64,000 nucleotides of DNA from Squalus acanthias (GCA_030390025.1 CM059448.1:17174001-17238000), one strand, 5' to 3'. Counted from the first letter of the stretch, positions 13,692-27,686 are shown. A program made the numbers and translations. The notes: generated by a model from the letters alone, not told the origin.

Positions 13692-16058
13692 TAGTCAAGA
13701 TTAGGAAACGCAGTACATGGGAAATCTGAGCACAAGTTTGTGCTTTGGAACTTTGTGGTGTAGCATCTCAATATAGACCCTCAACGGCACAATTTTAAAA
13801 AAAAATCCTACCACTTTGTTATTTTCAAGGCTCATTTAATTTGACTTGCTGAGCTCCACCTGCGTGGAGAAGCTCATTCACACTGTGATCCTTGTATAGA
13901 TATAGCTCCTAGAGCAGTATAAACTAGTGGCTATGTGGATTAATTCCACCTGCCCCACGTAGCATTAAATTGCCAACGCAACACATGCACTGAGATTCTT
14001 GCAGAAAGGAACAGTAGAGAAGCATCAGCCATTCACACCAAACTGACTCAAATCTACCTCAGTGTAGCCCATCTCTGAGGGCAAGGGGTCCGGTGTTTTA
14101 CGCAGATACAGAGCCAAGGCTGACACAAACAGTGACACAGACACGGGTAAGTCACTCTGTGCTGCCCACGCGTGCCCAGGCTGGTTGATTCTGTTGTATT
14201 TTTCCCGAAAAAATTAACCCTTTTTTCTCCCTACTCTTTTTTACTATCCTCTCCTGAAAGTATTGGCGCTTGTCGGGGCATTGTTCCATGTGTGCCAGCT
14301 GTCCTCTTGTACCTCGCTTAGTGGCTATTCATCATGTGTGAATTTATGCAATGAGTGTGGCAGGCTGTTCAGAAATAAGGGGCATAACATCTGATCCTGT
14401 CATCGCCCAACATCCACTGAAGGATTTGCTGCAGCCACCTCCTCTCTGATCTTGCTGGGGTATGATTTACATGGGCATTGGGTACCCTTCAGTACTCTTA
14501 TACGCACACGCAAAATTTCCTCTCCCGTTTCCTAGCCCAGGAGTTTTAAAACCAATTGTAACACCGCCCTGACTGCCTTGACTCAACACAGACCAAGGAT
14601 CAAACCTATTGGGCTGTGTGGCTCAGTTTCTCAGTGCATTCACCCACTTTGCCATCGAAGAGCTGTGAATTCAGTTTTAAATTGTATTGAAGAAAAGCCG
14701 GTGCATTTGAAAGGCTGCCAAGAAAAGCTGGTGGCCAAAGTGTTAATTGGTCAAATGGTGTCAGTGTGTGAAGACTACTAGGGTGTTTTGCTCAGTTGTT
14801 ACTTTGGAGTTGCCAACATGAAGCAGGAAGGATATGAAGCCTCTTTAGTGATTTAATTGTAGACACGTTTCTGTGGTTGATCAAGAGCTTGGTTTTACAA
14901 TAGTGATTGTGAACAACAAATAGTCTCAGAGGGGATCAATCATTGCGTAATCGCTCTCTGCCTTCTCCTTCACTGCTGTTTATTTTCCAAGAGAACAGGG
15001 CTGGAGCAGCAAAAATCTTTAAAGCAACCCAGCTTTAAATTGAGCAGAAAATAGTCATCGACATATTTGTTAATATTACCTAAACCATTAGTCTGGATGG
15101 TTGGGCTGCTTCTTCAACAAGAGAAGTGTCATTAGGAGCATAAAACACATTCAGTCCAGCTTGCCTGCTGTACATTTGCAATTCCTAATAAATGTTCAAG
15201 TACCTGCATCTCAGGCTTTCCTTTTCCCATACATCCGTTCACATTCTCCAGTGCTATACTTGACTTTACAGGCTGTTCTGAGTTAGAGCAGGTTCTGGTC
15301 AATCTTTTTTCACATCCCACATTTCCCATAGTTTCCGGAGACTGAATTTCAGTAAAATTGAAAGACTTGTCACCAGAAACCCTTTATCTCCTTTCACTTT
15401 CCAGTGATAGCACCTTGTTTTCAGCATCAAGTGCTCCTGATCAGGTGTAAATGGGGTGGGGTAGATGCAGGTCAATCTGTCTCTGCTCTTCAACAACCTG
15501 TATTATTTCCAAAGTTAAAAGCGCCCCACTGCACCAGAGTGAATTCCTCTTTAAGAGATTGAGATTGCCAATTAGTGTGAAATTGTTTTCTGTTTTGTAC
15601 TTTGGACCCTGCACCATCCTGGAGCTGGGTTCACTGTTAAAGAACTATATGGGCCCGAATGATTTTTTAATTAGTCTTGTCCACATCTTGGCATCAACGC
15701 AGGCACTCGGTATTCTGCAGGTCCAGTGCTGTCAGGCAAGATCTAACCGGTTTCAAAGTGGATGTTTTCCATTGACTTGGTCGCGGCCATTAACTGGTGA
15801 TCATTAGCAGTCTGTTGTCCCCAGTTGACTGTGACGGCGTTGGGAACTGTTGGCTGAAATCTTGTACACTGGGAAACTAGCAACATCACTGCACGAGAAC
15901 ACTTTGCATTACAAGTTAAAATGAAAATATTTATTTTTGATAACTATCGGACATAAATGGAATTTCCCCCAAGATGTAAGGTCATTTGAAACGGAATAAG
16001 TGGATTTCCCATGTGTTTCAAAACGCTTTTTACAGTGTGGGGATGGAGGAAGACCTAA

Positions 16059-16198
16059 GGGTTAATTTTCAACTTCGCTGCTTGGACGATAACCCTTTTT
16101 AAATGCAATGAAAACCGGTTTGGTTGTATAAGGGGGTGGGGGGGGCTGATCTGCTCAGTCAGGTTACTGTCCAGATGATGGAGTTGGAAATTATCCCC
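16059..16198. mobile_element. Short Harbinger-like MITE
   Basis: gggttaattttcaactt / gagttggaaattatcccc inverted ends. Confidence 0.55.
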
Positions 16199-17919
16199 AG
16201 TCAGCTGTACGTAAATAGTGAGAACAATCCCTGCTCCCTTATCCTAATGGCATCATAGACCCACGGAAATAAGTAAGCTGGCACTTGACATTTGCTCTCT
16301 GTAGCTACTTCCACGCTGGCTTTCATTTAATTTGGATTCCATTTACACTGCTAAATCCAGCTTCCTTACCCCGGCAGTTGGCTCTCAGACCCAGTTTTTG
16401 TGGGCCTGAGCGTCTGGAACAAGACAGCCGGATTTAGCAGTGAAAACAACAGCAGATCTCCCAGAATCTGAAGGTCATGAGAGCAGCTTGTGGGGGTTCT
16501 GTATAAAAGCAGAGGTCCGTGTGTAGATGGAGACCAGCTCCCCATTCTGAATGCAAGAGCGGGAGAGGCTTTGCTATCCTGAAACTGGATGAAGCGACGC
16601 GCGAATACATAAAAAGCAGCTTCAATAAGATGAAAGTGCGCAAAGCCTTCTGGGAGCAGCATTACTACTAAGAAGCTCTCAGCAGATAGTGGGTGCTTCC
16701 CAGTGAGTAGAAAGCATCCACGTGTGAAATGATATAAAAGATTGGAGGAGTGTTGTACTTTTTTTTTGAGAAACCTAGGTGAAGAGTTGAGCCCCATAAT
16801 GCAGAACACGGTCCAGGTTGAGAAGAGTAGGGCAGAGGACGGGGAAGCCTGCACGTGGTGTTGAACAAGCTGCAGTTCCCTTGTTCAGATGTCATCACAG
16901 ACCCATAAAAATAAGGGGAGCTGTGTTTTTAATAATGTGAACACACAGAGCAGGGCCCACACATTTGCTCTCTCAGGCACAATATAAAAGTGAAGCCCAG
17001 TGCTCGTCACTCCGAGTATAAAAGGAGGAGAATGGCCTGGGTGACACCAAGCTAGGGTTTTTAAAACCTGTACATTTGGAGGAGGAAAGGAAGGCTGAGG
17101 GAAATATTCGGAGATCCTGGAAAAGATTAAGTTAGAGTAGGACTCAGTCTGACAAGTCTTGAATTTCAACACGTGTGGTTCTAGGAAGAATTAAAGTGAG
17201 ATCCTAAGGGATGGAGAGCTTGGGGGAGAGAGAAATGATAAAGTTCAAGAGGATGATTATAAAAATGAGACTGTGGGTTAAATATGAGTTCATAGAGCAG
17301 TTTGTTTCTGTCTACTTTGCATATTGCTGTCTTTTTCACTGTTCCTCCATTAAATCCAACAGAATTCTCTTTAAGAGGGGAGTGGAATATTTAAGTGCCG
17401 ATTTTGGTTAATAACCCCTAAGTGCTCGATAGTCCTGGTCCCATATTGTGGTGTCATGCAGCTTTAAATGAGGCTGATCATTCTGTTTGCGAACGTTGCA
17501 CAGCTGCGAGGTGAAAGAAATGACATCTCGTTGCTCTGTTATTAAAGGGAAACACGGCGGAGACACTGAGAATGTCAACTGTATCACACAGAGAAATTAA
17601 TTGCCAAACTTTTCATCGACTGAATAGGACTAAATATAGTGGCAGTATTTGTTTTGACTCTCTTGGCAGCTCAAAATGAAATAAATTATACTGGATGTCA
17701 TCAGTTTAAACCCATTCTAATCTGATGATGCTGCACCTCACTGAATGGTGATCAGAACGGGGTATTGTTGAGTAACAGCTTTGCTGGAGGTGCTCCTGAC
17801 ATATATTTGTATTGTGTATCGAAGTGGCCATATTGCTGTGTTTCAGGATAGTGATTATATTATTGTTCACTATGAAAAATCCCTTTGTGGGTGTCTGCCT
17901 TGCCTGCCCTGTTACCAAG

Positions 17920-18260
17920 CTGTGCAGGCTATAAGGACCCCGGTTTGAAACCTTCGTCTGTGCTCTGTTAGCTGAACCCAGCGGGATGGCGCTACAATTG
18001 GTCTCGCCGCCCATTGGGAAACGGGGAGTGGGGGGGGCAAGAAAATCAGCCCGGGCTTTCGCTCCTGATTGCAGTCCAGCGACCTCTGCACGCCAGGTGA
18101 GAACAGCATTTCAGCTTTGATGGGCCTGCCACACTCGCTGTCTAGGCCCACATGTGAAGAATAGCTACCCGCGTGAGATGCTGGAGGGAACGATGTCCCC
18201 ATGTGGAGCCGTGCCCAGCAAGCATCGAAGCCTTCAGCGGAGGAATAAGGTAACTGTGTG
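17920..18260 (+). mobile_element. Old unnamed SINE-like family (representative copy)
   Basis: B-box-like GGTTTGAAACC followed by ctgtgct..gttagctga and cacatgtgaagaatagc motifs that recur about ten times in the window. Confidence 0.55.
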
Positions 18261-18383
18261 ACGGGAGGAGAAAACCCAAACGCTAAAAGGCTGCAGACTC
18301 CGTGTCTGATCATTGCGTGCGCAGAGTCTGTGCAGACTTTTTTGTTGCCATGTTTTTAAGTAGAAGTATTTCTTTCGCTGCAG

Positions 18384-18538
18384 GCACCCCAGAGCTGAGT
18401 CCGTGTGAGCGGAAGGAGCTGGAAACCAAGTTGAAGGAGAGGGAGGAGTTTCTATTGCCCATATACCACCAGGTTGCTGTGAAGTTTGCTGACCTTCATG
18501 ACACTCCAGGCCGCATGCAAGAAAAGGGGGTCATCACG
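18384..18538 (+). CDS. ACACA: ACACA coding exon, (G)[51 protein letters not shown]
   Basis: ACC motif [11 protein letters not shown]. Acceptor ctgcag|GC and donor ACG|gtgagt; 155 bp keeps the frame. Confidence 0.96.
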
Positions 18539-19842
18539 GTGAGTGATCTAATCCATTCCGCTTGCTCTATTTTTAGCAGTCCCTTTTTTGAATACAGAGT
18601 GGCCCATCCAGTCCCACCACCTGCAGGCCAACATTTACAAGATTGCTGTCAGTCATTTGCAAGACTGGTCACAATAGTGGGAGCCAGAACGTTCTCTTGT
18701 GGTGTGGTCCCCTTCTGGTTGCAACAAATTGAAAGTCGAGTCTAATGCATGTCAGCATGCAGATTGTAAAAAGGGCATCTTACTGAAGGTGCATGGTCTG
18801 CCTCGGATCAATTAGGCAATATAATTAAATAGGTCAGGTTTCAGGCATGACCCGGGGAGCTACTTGGAAGGAGACTGTAAACCATCTTCAACATTCAGCC
18901 ATGTTCATTATAGTTGCTAAGGTTCGACCTGCCAGAGGGTTGAAATTTGGAGATCTACAGTCGAGCTGATGGGAACGGAGGGACAGATCGGCAGGGATTC
19001 TGCTTGGGTGTTGCTCAGCGACCCACCCCCCACCACCATCTCCCTTCCCACAGGCTTGATTGCAGCGTGGCCTTAGCTGAGGCTGTGAATTAATTCTGAA
19101 ATCACGCTTGCAGTTATCTTTTTAAATGTCGTTTGTAGAAATGCTGATTGCTTAGACCTTAGCATGCGTGTCGGAAAATCCAGGACAAGACCAACAAAAA
19201 GTAACTAAAGAAAAAAGACAGCCAGCTGAAATGCCTCTTTAAGAATGTTCAGTGTTAGCATGCTCCTGCCCGAGCTGCTTTCTATTATTTATTGGTTCCA
19301 CTCCAGTCAGACACAAGACAGCTTCAGTTTAATTAATAAATTGTCACTTGGATCTTATCAATAATGTGTGACATGCGGCATTTGAAATGGAGCCAGCACC
19401 AATTTGAGGAATCGGGTTGCTCTGTTCCACTGACACAAACTAGCTTCTCGAAAAAGTTAATAGGAATAATAAAATGCTTTAGTCAGCATTTCTATGTACA
19501 GGTGTGTCTCAACTCATATTTGATTGTTGTAAAAGTGAGCTAAAATCTAAACAACGGTGTTTTTCCAAGTTTTGAAAGACATCTTGAGAAAATTATTGGG
19601 AAGTGTTAATGATCAAATAATTAGACCTCCAACATGTGCTGGGTCATCAGATGACACTGAGGAATGGATTACTTGGGCTGAGCATTGAAAACCTAACTGC
19701 TTGGATCAGGATCATGCTCTTAAGTGTCTGAATGAAGAGTTCGAAGTTTTGAGATTTGATGAAGTACACTGGAATTTTCGAGTCTGATGAGAATTCAGAT
19801 TGTGGAAAGTAGAATATATTATGGTTTCTTGTTTAATGACAG

Positions 19843-20013
19843 GATATCTTGGATTGGCCGACATCACGTACGTTCTTCTACTGGCGTCTGCGCAGGCTGC
19901 TCCTGGAGGATACCGTGAAGAAGAAAATCCTGAACGCGAACTCGGAGCTGACTGACGGACAGATTCAGGCAATGCTGAGACGCTGGTTCGTGGAAGCTGA
20001 AGGAGCCGTGAAG
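19843..20013 (+). CDS. ACACA: ACACA coding exon, [57 protein letters not shown]
   Basis: ACC motif FFYWRLRR. Acceptor gacag|GAT and donor AAG|gtaggt; 171 bp, phase 0/0. Confidence 0.96.
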
Positions 20014-20883
20014 GTAGGTTTTCGGGGCGCTGTGACTTGACGCTTATACTATCTGTTTGTGCAATGCTACTAGAGTAGCATTGCACAATGTGACTGATGG
20101 AGTTTGAGGAGAGCCAGCCAAAAATGCACAGCAGAGGTGCTGAGCATTAATTGATCTCTTCCCTCCCCCACCCCCGTGACTAAGTGCCTGAGGTGAGGGA
20201 ATGTCTCGATAGTGCTGCTACATGGTTGGTGAAATAGCTTGGTCACCTGCCGAATCCACAGCCCTTCATGTTATCCGTGTAGCCCGTACAGTTTAAAACT
20301 TTTGTATTTTACAAGACCCAGTCCAGCAGGTCTGCAAATTGTGTCCTAAATCAGCTGAAAATATCAAATCATCAGCACTCAGAGAGGCAGTAAAGGATCA
20401 CGCGCCTGTGTAACAGGGAGGAAAACAACTCCCATTTCCGTAGTGCTCATTACCCACAGAGACAAACCTTGGACTGCTCTGCAGGGTGGTAGATGGTGGA
20501 GATAAGAATCTGAAGCAGCCAAAAGCAAAGGCAGCAGAAACCCTGTTTGTGCGCGCATGCAGAGTTTCCGCTACACTTGCGACAAAGTTACGGCGGCGAA
20601 GTGGGAACAGCTCCAAGGAGATTCCCGGCAAAGGTCTGCGAGGAGAGACTTGAGGTTTTTGAAGGCAGAGGGGAAAGGTGGCAAGGCACTGGAGGGAGTT
20701 TTGGAGGGTGGGACAAGGCAGATGAAGGAGCGGAGGGAGTGAGGAACAAGAAGTAAACCGACAGACCTTACAGAAAAAGCAATTGACAACTATATGGAGA
20801 ATATTGCCTGCCATATAGCCCCTTATAGGCCAGTAAGAGGGGAGAATACCTTTTCTTTGTGGAAAATAGGCAATAGAAGACCA

Positions 20884-21019
20884 AAAGCAAAATACTGCAG
20901 ATGCTGGAAATCCTGAAATAAAAACAGAAAATGCTGGGAAACATTCAGCAGGTCCGGCATCAACTGTGGTGAGAGAAAGAGAGTTACTGTTTCAGGTCGA
21001 TGACCTTTCATCAGAACTG
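20884..21019 (-). mobile_element. Short PLE hammerhead+tail insertion in an ACACA intron
   Basis: Reverse complement of the 39455-39588 unit. Core CTGATGA...GAAA intact at 20982-21018; degenerate flanking repeat aatagaagacca/aacagaatacaa. Confidence 0.8.
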
Positions 21020-23610
21020 GAACAGAATACAAGTGGGGCAGGAGAAGGGGACTCGCACGACAAACTAAACTAAGAAATCTGCTGGCAGATTAAATCTGGG
21101 GATTCTGAGGAATTGCTTTCTCTGTCGAGGAAGGGCACAATAACAGTTCCCTGGGATCACAGTCTCCCAAGTTACAGCACAAGGAGCTCCCAAAGGGCAA
21201 AAGTATAATTACGATAAAACGCAGAGTTGATTTTTATGAAGTTTTGTACTTCTCAAGGCAAATGATGTTAGTCCTTGGGAATGGAACATTTGTCACATTT
21301 TGCATCATAAGCCCTTCTATAGCACAGGTTTAAAGATCCCTCTACCTCGTGCTTAAGCTTCAGAAGGTCCGTTTCTATTGCACTAGTCTGGACTTTTCCA
21401 CTTTGCACATCAGCCATTCTTGTGGGGAAATGTGTTCAATTTTCCAGCTTTACCATCCTTCCCAAAAATAAATCAATCAAAATTATACAATTTTTTTTTT
21501 ATTTTTTAAATGCCATAACCCAGTGGTGTGCAGGAGTGCTGACACATTCAGGATTGAAGGTGCTGAATTATATGGTGTGATTAGTGGGCATCTTTTCTCA
21601 TTGGGAACTACATAGACAAGTGTATACAATCTGCTCCTCTTAATTCTATGTTGATTAAGTCAAATTATCTGATCGTTCAATTTTTTTAGCACTAAATTCC
21701 CACTGTGCTATGTTATTTATGTTGTTTATTGGATCATTTGAATTTTTAGTGCAAATAACAACTTCAAATCATCAGCATTACACTCTATGGTGTAGTTTAA
21801 TAGACGGTGAAAGTAAAAGTTCAAAAATAGATGAATAAGTAGTTATGCTTTGCATTTTTCTATAATCTAACCAGACTGTCACAACCCGATCCACTACTTA
21901 GTTAGATGTTTGATATCGTTTTATATTACTTGGGTGTTCCTTTTAAAGGCTAACCGAGTTTGCCCTGTGCTCTTTCCAACACAATTGGAAATTCCTCGGA
22001 ATAATGAAACTTTTTACCATTAGCAATTCCGTGTTCCTTTTAGTTGTGTACAGTAGCGCTGTAAGTGTGTCACTGGAGCCCTCGATGTGATGTCTTTGAG
22101 CGTCAGCGTGTGCTGTTGTTTACATGTAAATCTTGTGCTTGCAAGCAAGTAAACACCAGGGTTTTAACTTGACATTGAAGACATGAAAAGCCTTCCCAAA
22201 AAATCAAAAATTGCAAAGTGGGACTATTTCAGTAAAAATAGAACTAGTTCCAATTAAAATGAACAGAAAAGATCAAAGCAGCCGAGTCAAATCCAGAGTG
22301 CTCTCTTATCCTCCCAGTTGAGACCTGCTCCAGTGGCTCCTCACGGAGCTAATAACTGACGAGGTGCGTGACAGAAGCAAAATAAGAAAATAAAGTCCCA
22401 AACTTTGCCAGAACAAAAAAAAAAAGACTGTCCCCAACCTTGGTCATAACATTGCTTCAAACATCCGTCCACGCACAAAGCAAAAATACTCTGGAGCCAT
22501 GCCAACTTCCCCAGGTAGAATACACATTATATGCAGGCGTTTCGCTAACTAATACTTACAACAATCAACTCTGATTATATTAAGCTACAATTAATCTGCA
22601 CCCTGGAATGTGTTGATAGGAACTGGCGTGCTGTTACTTAATTAAAACCAAAAGGATTAAAAATATTAATGGTATTAAATATTCTCCTAAACCACAAGCG
22701 CTGGAATTCTTGGGTAAATCTGCTCTTCTTATGTGAGCTTAAAATGAATAGTCATTTACATCCTTTGAATCTTCAACCTCACATGCCAAGTATTACTTTG
22801 TTTGAGCTTATGACGGGCTTGCACCATGAATATGCATTTTAGTATTAGGAGCTGTCAAAAAAGGCATCGGGAAGCATTTTCATGCAGCACGTTTGGTTTA
22901 TGTGGCCAAAATTAAAGAAGAAGCAACCAAAGAAACTGATCTAATAAGCAGCCTCCAGATTTAGGCTGGCGGCCAGATAGGTAGTCACAACACCAAACTG
23001 TGGCCCACAGGTAAAAGGGGCAGGAGAACAGTGCCACCCCTCGTGATCTGGGTCACAGCAGAGCCCTGGGAACAAAACCTTGCATTTGGAGAATAATTTG
23101 GGTGGGGCGGTTTGGGAGGAACAAATAGGGGTACATGAGGAATGATTTTCTATTTTTTAAATATTTTCTCTCTTTGTTCCCTCAGTCCTGGAGGCACTGA
23201 TTGTCACTGTCACTGTGTTGAGATCCCACAGGTGCCAGCAATCTCGTACGACCTTGTTCAAATGGCCATTTGTCACGTGTGAATCCAGACAATAATTGTT
23301 GAAAGGCTATTGAACAATAGAGGGCATTACAGCCAAGTCTGTTACTGTTCTCGCCTAACGTCCACGGATCATTGGATGGTAATCAGGAATAGGAATCCTA
23401 GCTGATTTTTGTTTCTTTACCCCCCCCCCCCGGCCCCAATCGCAAATCTTGGCCACTTTTGGTGCTCCAACTGTCACCTGACCTGAGGTACGCTAATTAG
23501 CATAGGCCAGGGATTGAAGTTGAGCCGTTCTGTTCTGTGTCGTTTAGTGCCGCACTAAAAGGTCCCGTTGCCCACTAAGCCATTTGAAAGCTGTAAGTTT
23601 ATTTTTAAAT

Positions 23611-24340
23611 GGCCCAGATTTTGCCTTATAAATAACGGTGCTAACTGTTATTAAAGAGTAAATCGGACAGCAACTTCCCGCATCCGCACATGCGCAGTTA
23701 AACGCGTAAATCAGGAAGTTGCTCTGCTCCTCCAGAAGCTGCACTCCAACCAGTATCTTGCTGAGAGACTCTGCATTGAAACACATGGAACCATGTGAAG
23801 TTGCTGTACTTGCGTGATAGATACCCACTAAACTCACCCGAAAAAGTTAGGGCTTATCCATTTCAGTCTAAGTGAATTTTAACGGCGTGATAAGTCTTAA
23901 TTACTTCCGAACAACCTCTCTGGCAATGGAAATTAATTTTTACAAGTGTGATGTCTCATTCCTTCAGATTTTTATTGTTGGAGATTTAAAAAGATAAAAA
24001 AAATAATTACATTTGTTTTCCTTTTTCTTTCCGTCTCTTTTATCTCTCTCTCAATCCAATCTTTTTTTTTTCACTTTCTGTACATGATTTGGCATTGAAT
24101 TAAATATTCTAACTTGCACTTCCTGGTTCAATGCCCAGTAAGAATTCTTCAATCTGATTGGTTAAGGAGACACACCTTTGCTTGCCCTGTTCACAGATAT
24201 CCTGTAGAGGGTGTCGCGCTGAAATGTATTTCTAATCACCACAACTTCCAGTGTAAAAGCCCACAGAAAGTCTGTGGGCCAGTGTAAGTGTAATGAACGG
24301 CTGGCACTGTTCATTTGCCACTGATCGCAAAATCCAGGCC
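23611..24340. mobile_element. Non-autonomous PIF/Harbinger-type DNA element
   Basis: TIR ggcccagattttgc/gcaaaatccaggcc; 3-bp TSD aat/aat; related in reverse orientation to 47017-47765. Confidence 0.7.
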
Positions 24341-24685
24341 AATGTGTTGAAAACACTCCAATCTGCCAAATACATAAAGATACCTCAGATACCACCTCGG
24401 ATACCTGCAGAGTGGGGCCATCAGTGATTACAGTTCTACTGCTTTGTGTGCCTCTGCGAGTGGCACTGGGGCCAATGACAAAGGTGCACGGAGTATGCAT
24501 GCACAGAGCGCTGCTTCGTGGACAGCTAAGTATTAATGTTAGGGGAGCACAGGTGTTGAGCGCCAGCATTCTATTACCATTGAAATCATCCTGAACTTAC
24601 TTTCCCAGTAGACTGCCTGAGCACTTCTGAAATGCAGCGTTGCACCAGGCGGGAGTTCTAGCTCACCTGCTGTGAAATCAAACCA

Positions 24686-24852
24686 AAAATAAAAGGAGAA
24701 CCTGCGAATGCTGGAAATCTGAAATAAAAACCAAAAATGCTGGAAATGCACAGCAAGTCGGTCAGTATCTGAGGAGTTGAGAAAGGTCACGATGTTTCAG
24801 GTGTATGCCCTTCATTAGAACAGATGCTGTATTTCCAGCATTTTCTGTTGAC
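24686..24852 (-). mobile_element. Short degenerate PLE hammerhead+tail insertion with a partial inverted tail
   Basis: Decayed core CTAATGA..GAAACATC. Inverted aaaatgctggaaat/atttccagcatttt. Perfect 14-bp TSD gtgaaatcaaacca (24672-24685 and 24853-24866). Confidence 0.7.
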
Positions 24853-26074
24853 GTGAAATCAAACCAGTTCGCCTACTCCACCGGAAGGGATCTGGCATCT
24901 CTTTCTTTCGTTCACTCAGGAATCAGATTGCTGACAAGTTATATTGCCACCTTTTTGAGTTGACGCGCATCCTGAAACCACCTTGAATTGAAGTGGCAGT
25001 CTCAAAGACATTTTTTTGGCAAACTCTGTGCTGGAGCTGAATCAGAGAGCGTGGCTGCTGCAGCGGCAGCGTCTGCCCCCGATACTCAAATGCTGACTTT
25101 GCATACAGACCGTCCCCTAATGAAATGAACCTACCTGCAGAACTCCCCAAGAAGACGACCTTGCCACTTTCACCAGGTCTCTAAGGAGCTTGTAGCAAAA
25201 TGGGTTCACTCAGGGTATTTAATTTTCTTCCAATTTTGTTTAAAGAGTCACCCATATGACCAACTCAGCACCAAAGAAAGCAGAAAGTCCTGTGAAGTGC
25301 AAGGTTCTGTCCTGAGGTTGTAAAAGGCTCAGCGGTTTTAGTTTGTAGTGTCTCTGTGATAGATGAGGGCCAAATCAAAAAAGTACGCTCTTTACCAAAA
25401 GGCATCCTCTAACGTTTGACTTGAAGCCCTGTATACAAGCTTCTGCAGTTTTCTAGTTGCCATCGGGAAGAACGTCCTCATAAAACCAATAGAAAAAGAG
25501 GTTATTTGGTACACTGACAAACACCTTGTACCTGTTCGACTCCAGGGCTACAGACAGCTCATCTCATGCAGCTGGAGGCTTGTGGTAGTTGAGGACCAAG
25601 GCAAGGAGGCAGGAGAGAACCAATCCATCAATTAACTGTTTACTGCAAGAGCCCTACAACTGTACTTCTGTATCACAACAGAGCTACTGTCTTCAAATGC
25701 CTGTGAAATGTTAAAATATAGGTACAACTATACAATTCATTTCACTGTGTTGTATCACTATCACTGTGATAAGACAGTATATATGGACATAAGAAAGGCA
25801 ACCTATCTGTTAGATGCTGCAGCCTGTGCACCAGCCTCCCCAGTTGCTGTTAATGCCAATTCCCATGGGAAGCAAAAAATCTGGAAAAATGTCAGGAAAA
25901 AATGGGAAATTCCTCTCTAAGGCAAGCTATCTACAAGAGATCATTGCTACCTAAGATACATTGTTAGATGTACTTAAATAACAACCCCTCCCCAATATGC
26001 CTCATTGTTCTTAAGAACATATCTTTCATAAACCTTTTTCAGCACAAAGGGTTATTTTTTAATCCTAATTTCTC

Positions 26075-26497
26075 CGGACGTCTCAAAGCGCTTTACAGCC
26101 AATGCAGTACTTTTGGAGCGTAGTCACTTGTAATGTGGGATACGTGGCAGCCAATTTGCGCACAGCAAGCTTCCACAAACAGCAATGTGATAATGACCAG
26201 ATAATCTGTTTTTGTTATGTTGATTGAGGGATAAATATTGGCCAGGACACCGGGGATAACTCCTGCTCCTCTTCGAAATAGTGGCCATGGGATCTTTTAC
26301 ATTCACCTGAGAGAGCAGACGGGGCCTCGGTTTAACGTTTCGTCCAAAAGACGGCACCTCCGACAGTGCCGCACTCCCTCAGCACTGCACTGGAGTGTCA
26401 GCCTAGATTTATGTGCTCAAGTCCCTGGAGTGGGACTGTGAACCCACAACCTTCTGACTCAGAGGCGAGTGTGCTACCCACTGAGCCACAGCTGACG
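26075..26497 (-). mobile_element. Deu-domain SINE, near full length
   Basis: Reverse complement of 51112-51550. Older copies or fragments lie at ~2380-2730(-), 3790-3940(+), 11320-12160(-), 27140-27200(+), 30135-30330(+), 45575-46130(-), 49820-50110(+) and 63680-63865(-). Confidence 0.85.
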
Positions 26498-27549
26498 CTT
26501 GCTGGGATAGGGTTTTGTGGCTGCAGGCAGCCCTCTGCTACTTGTCTAAGTGGTCATTCTTCATGTGAGGCTAGATGGTGAGTGCCAACAGGCTATTTAA
26601 CCATGGAGGCACCACAGCCATGACCAATGCTGTCATCAACCAATGTCCACATACATGCATTTTCCTAGCAGTTGTCACTGGATACCAATGAGGAATGGGA
26701 ACAGTCCTCCACCAGGGGTGTTGATGCCAATTAAAACGTCTAAATGCTGTTCTGGCTAAGATTAGCTGACTGAGCACAGACCGAGAATGGAGCCTGGGAC
26801 TTTGTGGTTTGTATGGCTTCGTACTCCAGGGTCATTGGGCAACCAGCTGATTAACTGTTGAATAATGTTCACTTTTTTATTTTAAGCCATATAGTTTAAT
26901 ACATTAAAATAGTCCATACAGGAAAGTAACTCAAACTTGTTATTGCACAAAGAAGAAGTTAAACACATTGGCTTTCTTTAGAGAGATGTCTACTATACAG
27001 TAATTGCTAGTGTGTCCGGAGCTACAAACCACATTGAGATAGATTCCTAGATCATGATGCAAAAAACAGTCATTTAACACATTTATAATTCCATTTTAAA
27101 AAAGTCAGGAAAATGTTTTACTTTTCAATTTGTGCGTGTCTGCGCTCTCGGGTGAATGTAAAAGATCCCACGGCACTATTTCGAAGAAGAGCAGGGGAAG
27201 TTACAGCCTCCTTTTATGGGAAGATTTTAAGCTGCCTCACATATATGATCATGTCTTCTTTCAGCCACAGGACGTGGCCTCACAGTTCACGAGCACTAGA
27301 ATAAGCCTTAAGAAGACCTTAATTTTATCTAAGCTTCTTTAAATCTAAATAAATAGGTTAACTTCCAGAATTAAACACCGTCTCCGCCAGATCAACTTTC
27401 TGAACTGGATAAAAGCCAGTGGCAACATTAGCAGGCTCCATTCATTATTACTGTCATGAAGTTCCATTTTAACATCTCCAGATTTGCACCTGAAGATTTC
27501 CTTTCACTTTTGGCAGCACATGAGTGCTAACAATGCTCTTCACTTCCAG

Positions 27550-27686
27550 GCCTATCTGTGGGATGACAATAAGGACGTGGTAGACTGGCTGGAGAAACAA
27601 CTGCTGGAGGAGGAAGGAGCTCGTTCAGTCATTGATGAGAACATCAAGTACATCTGCAGAGATTATATTCTCAAACAGATCCGAAG
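27550..27686 (+). CDS. ACACA: ACACA penultimate coding exon, [45 protein letters not shown](S)
   Basis: Matches the ACC1 C-terminal region. Acceptor ttccag|GCC and donor AG|gtgagg (phase 2). Confidence 0.95.

Noticed and set aside
18302-18745. 147-aa ORF as a stand-alone gene
   Set aside because: Only 18384-18538 is ACACA exon; the flanks are intronic read-through bounded by canonical splice sites.
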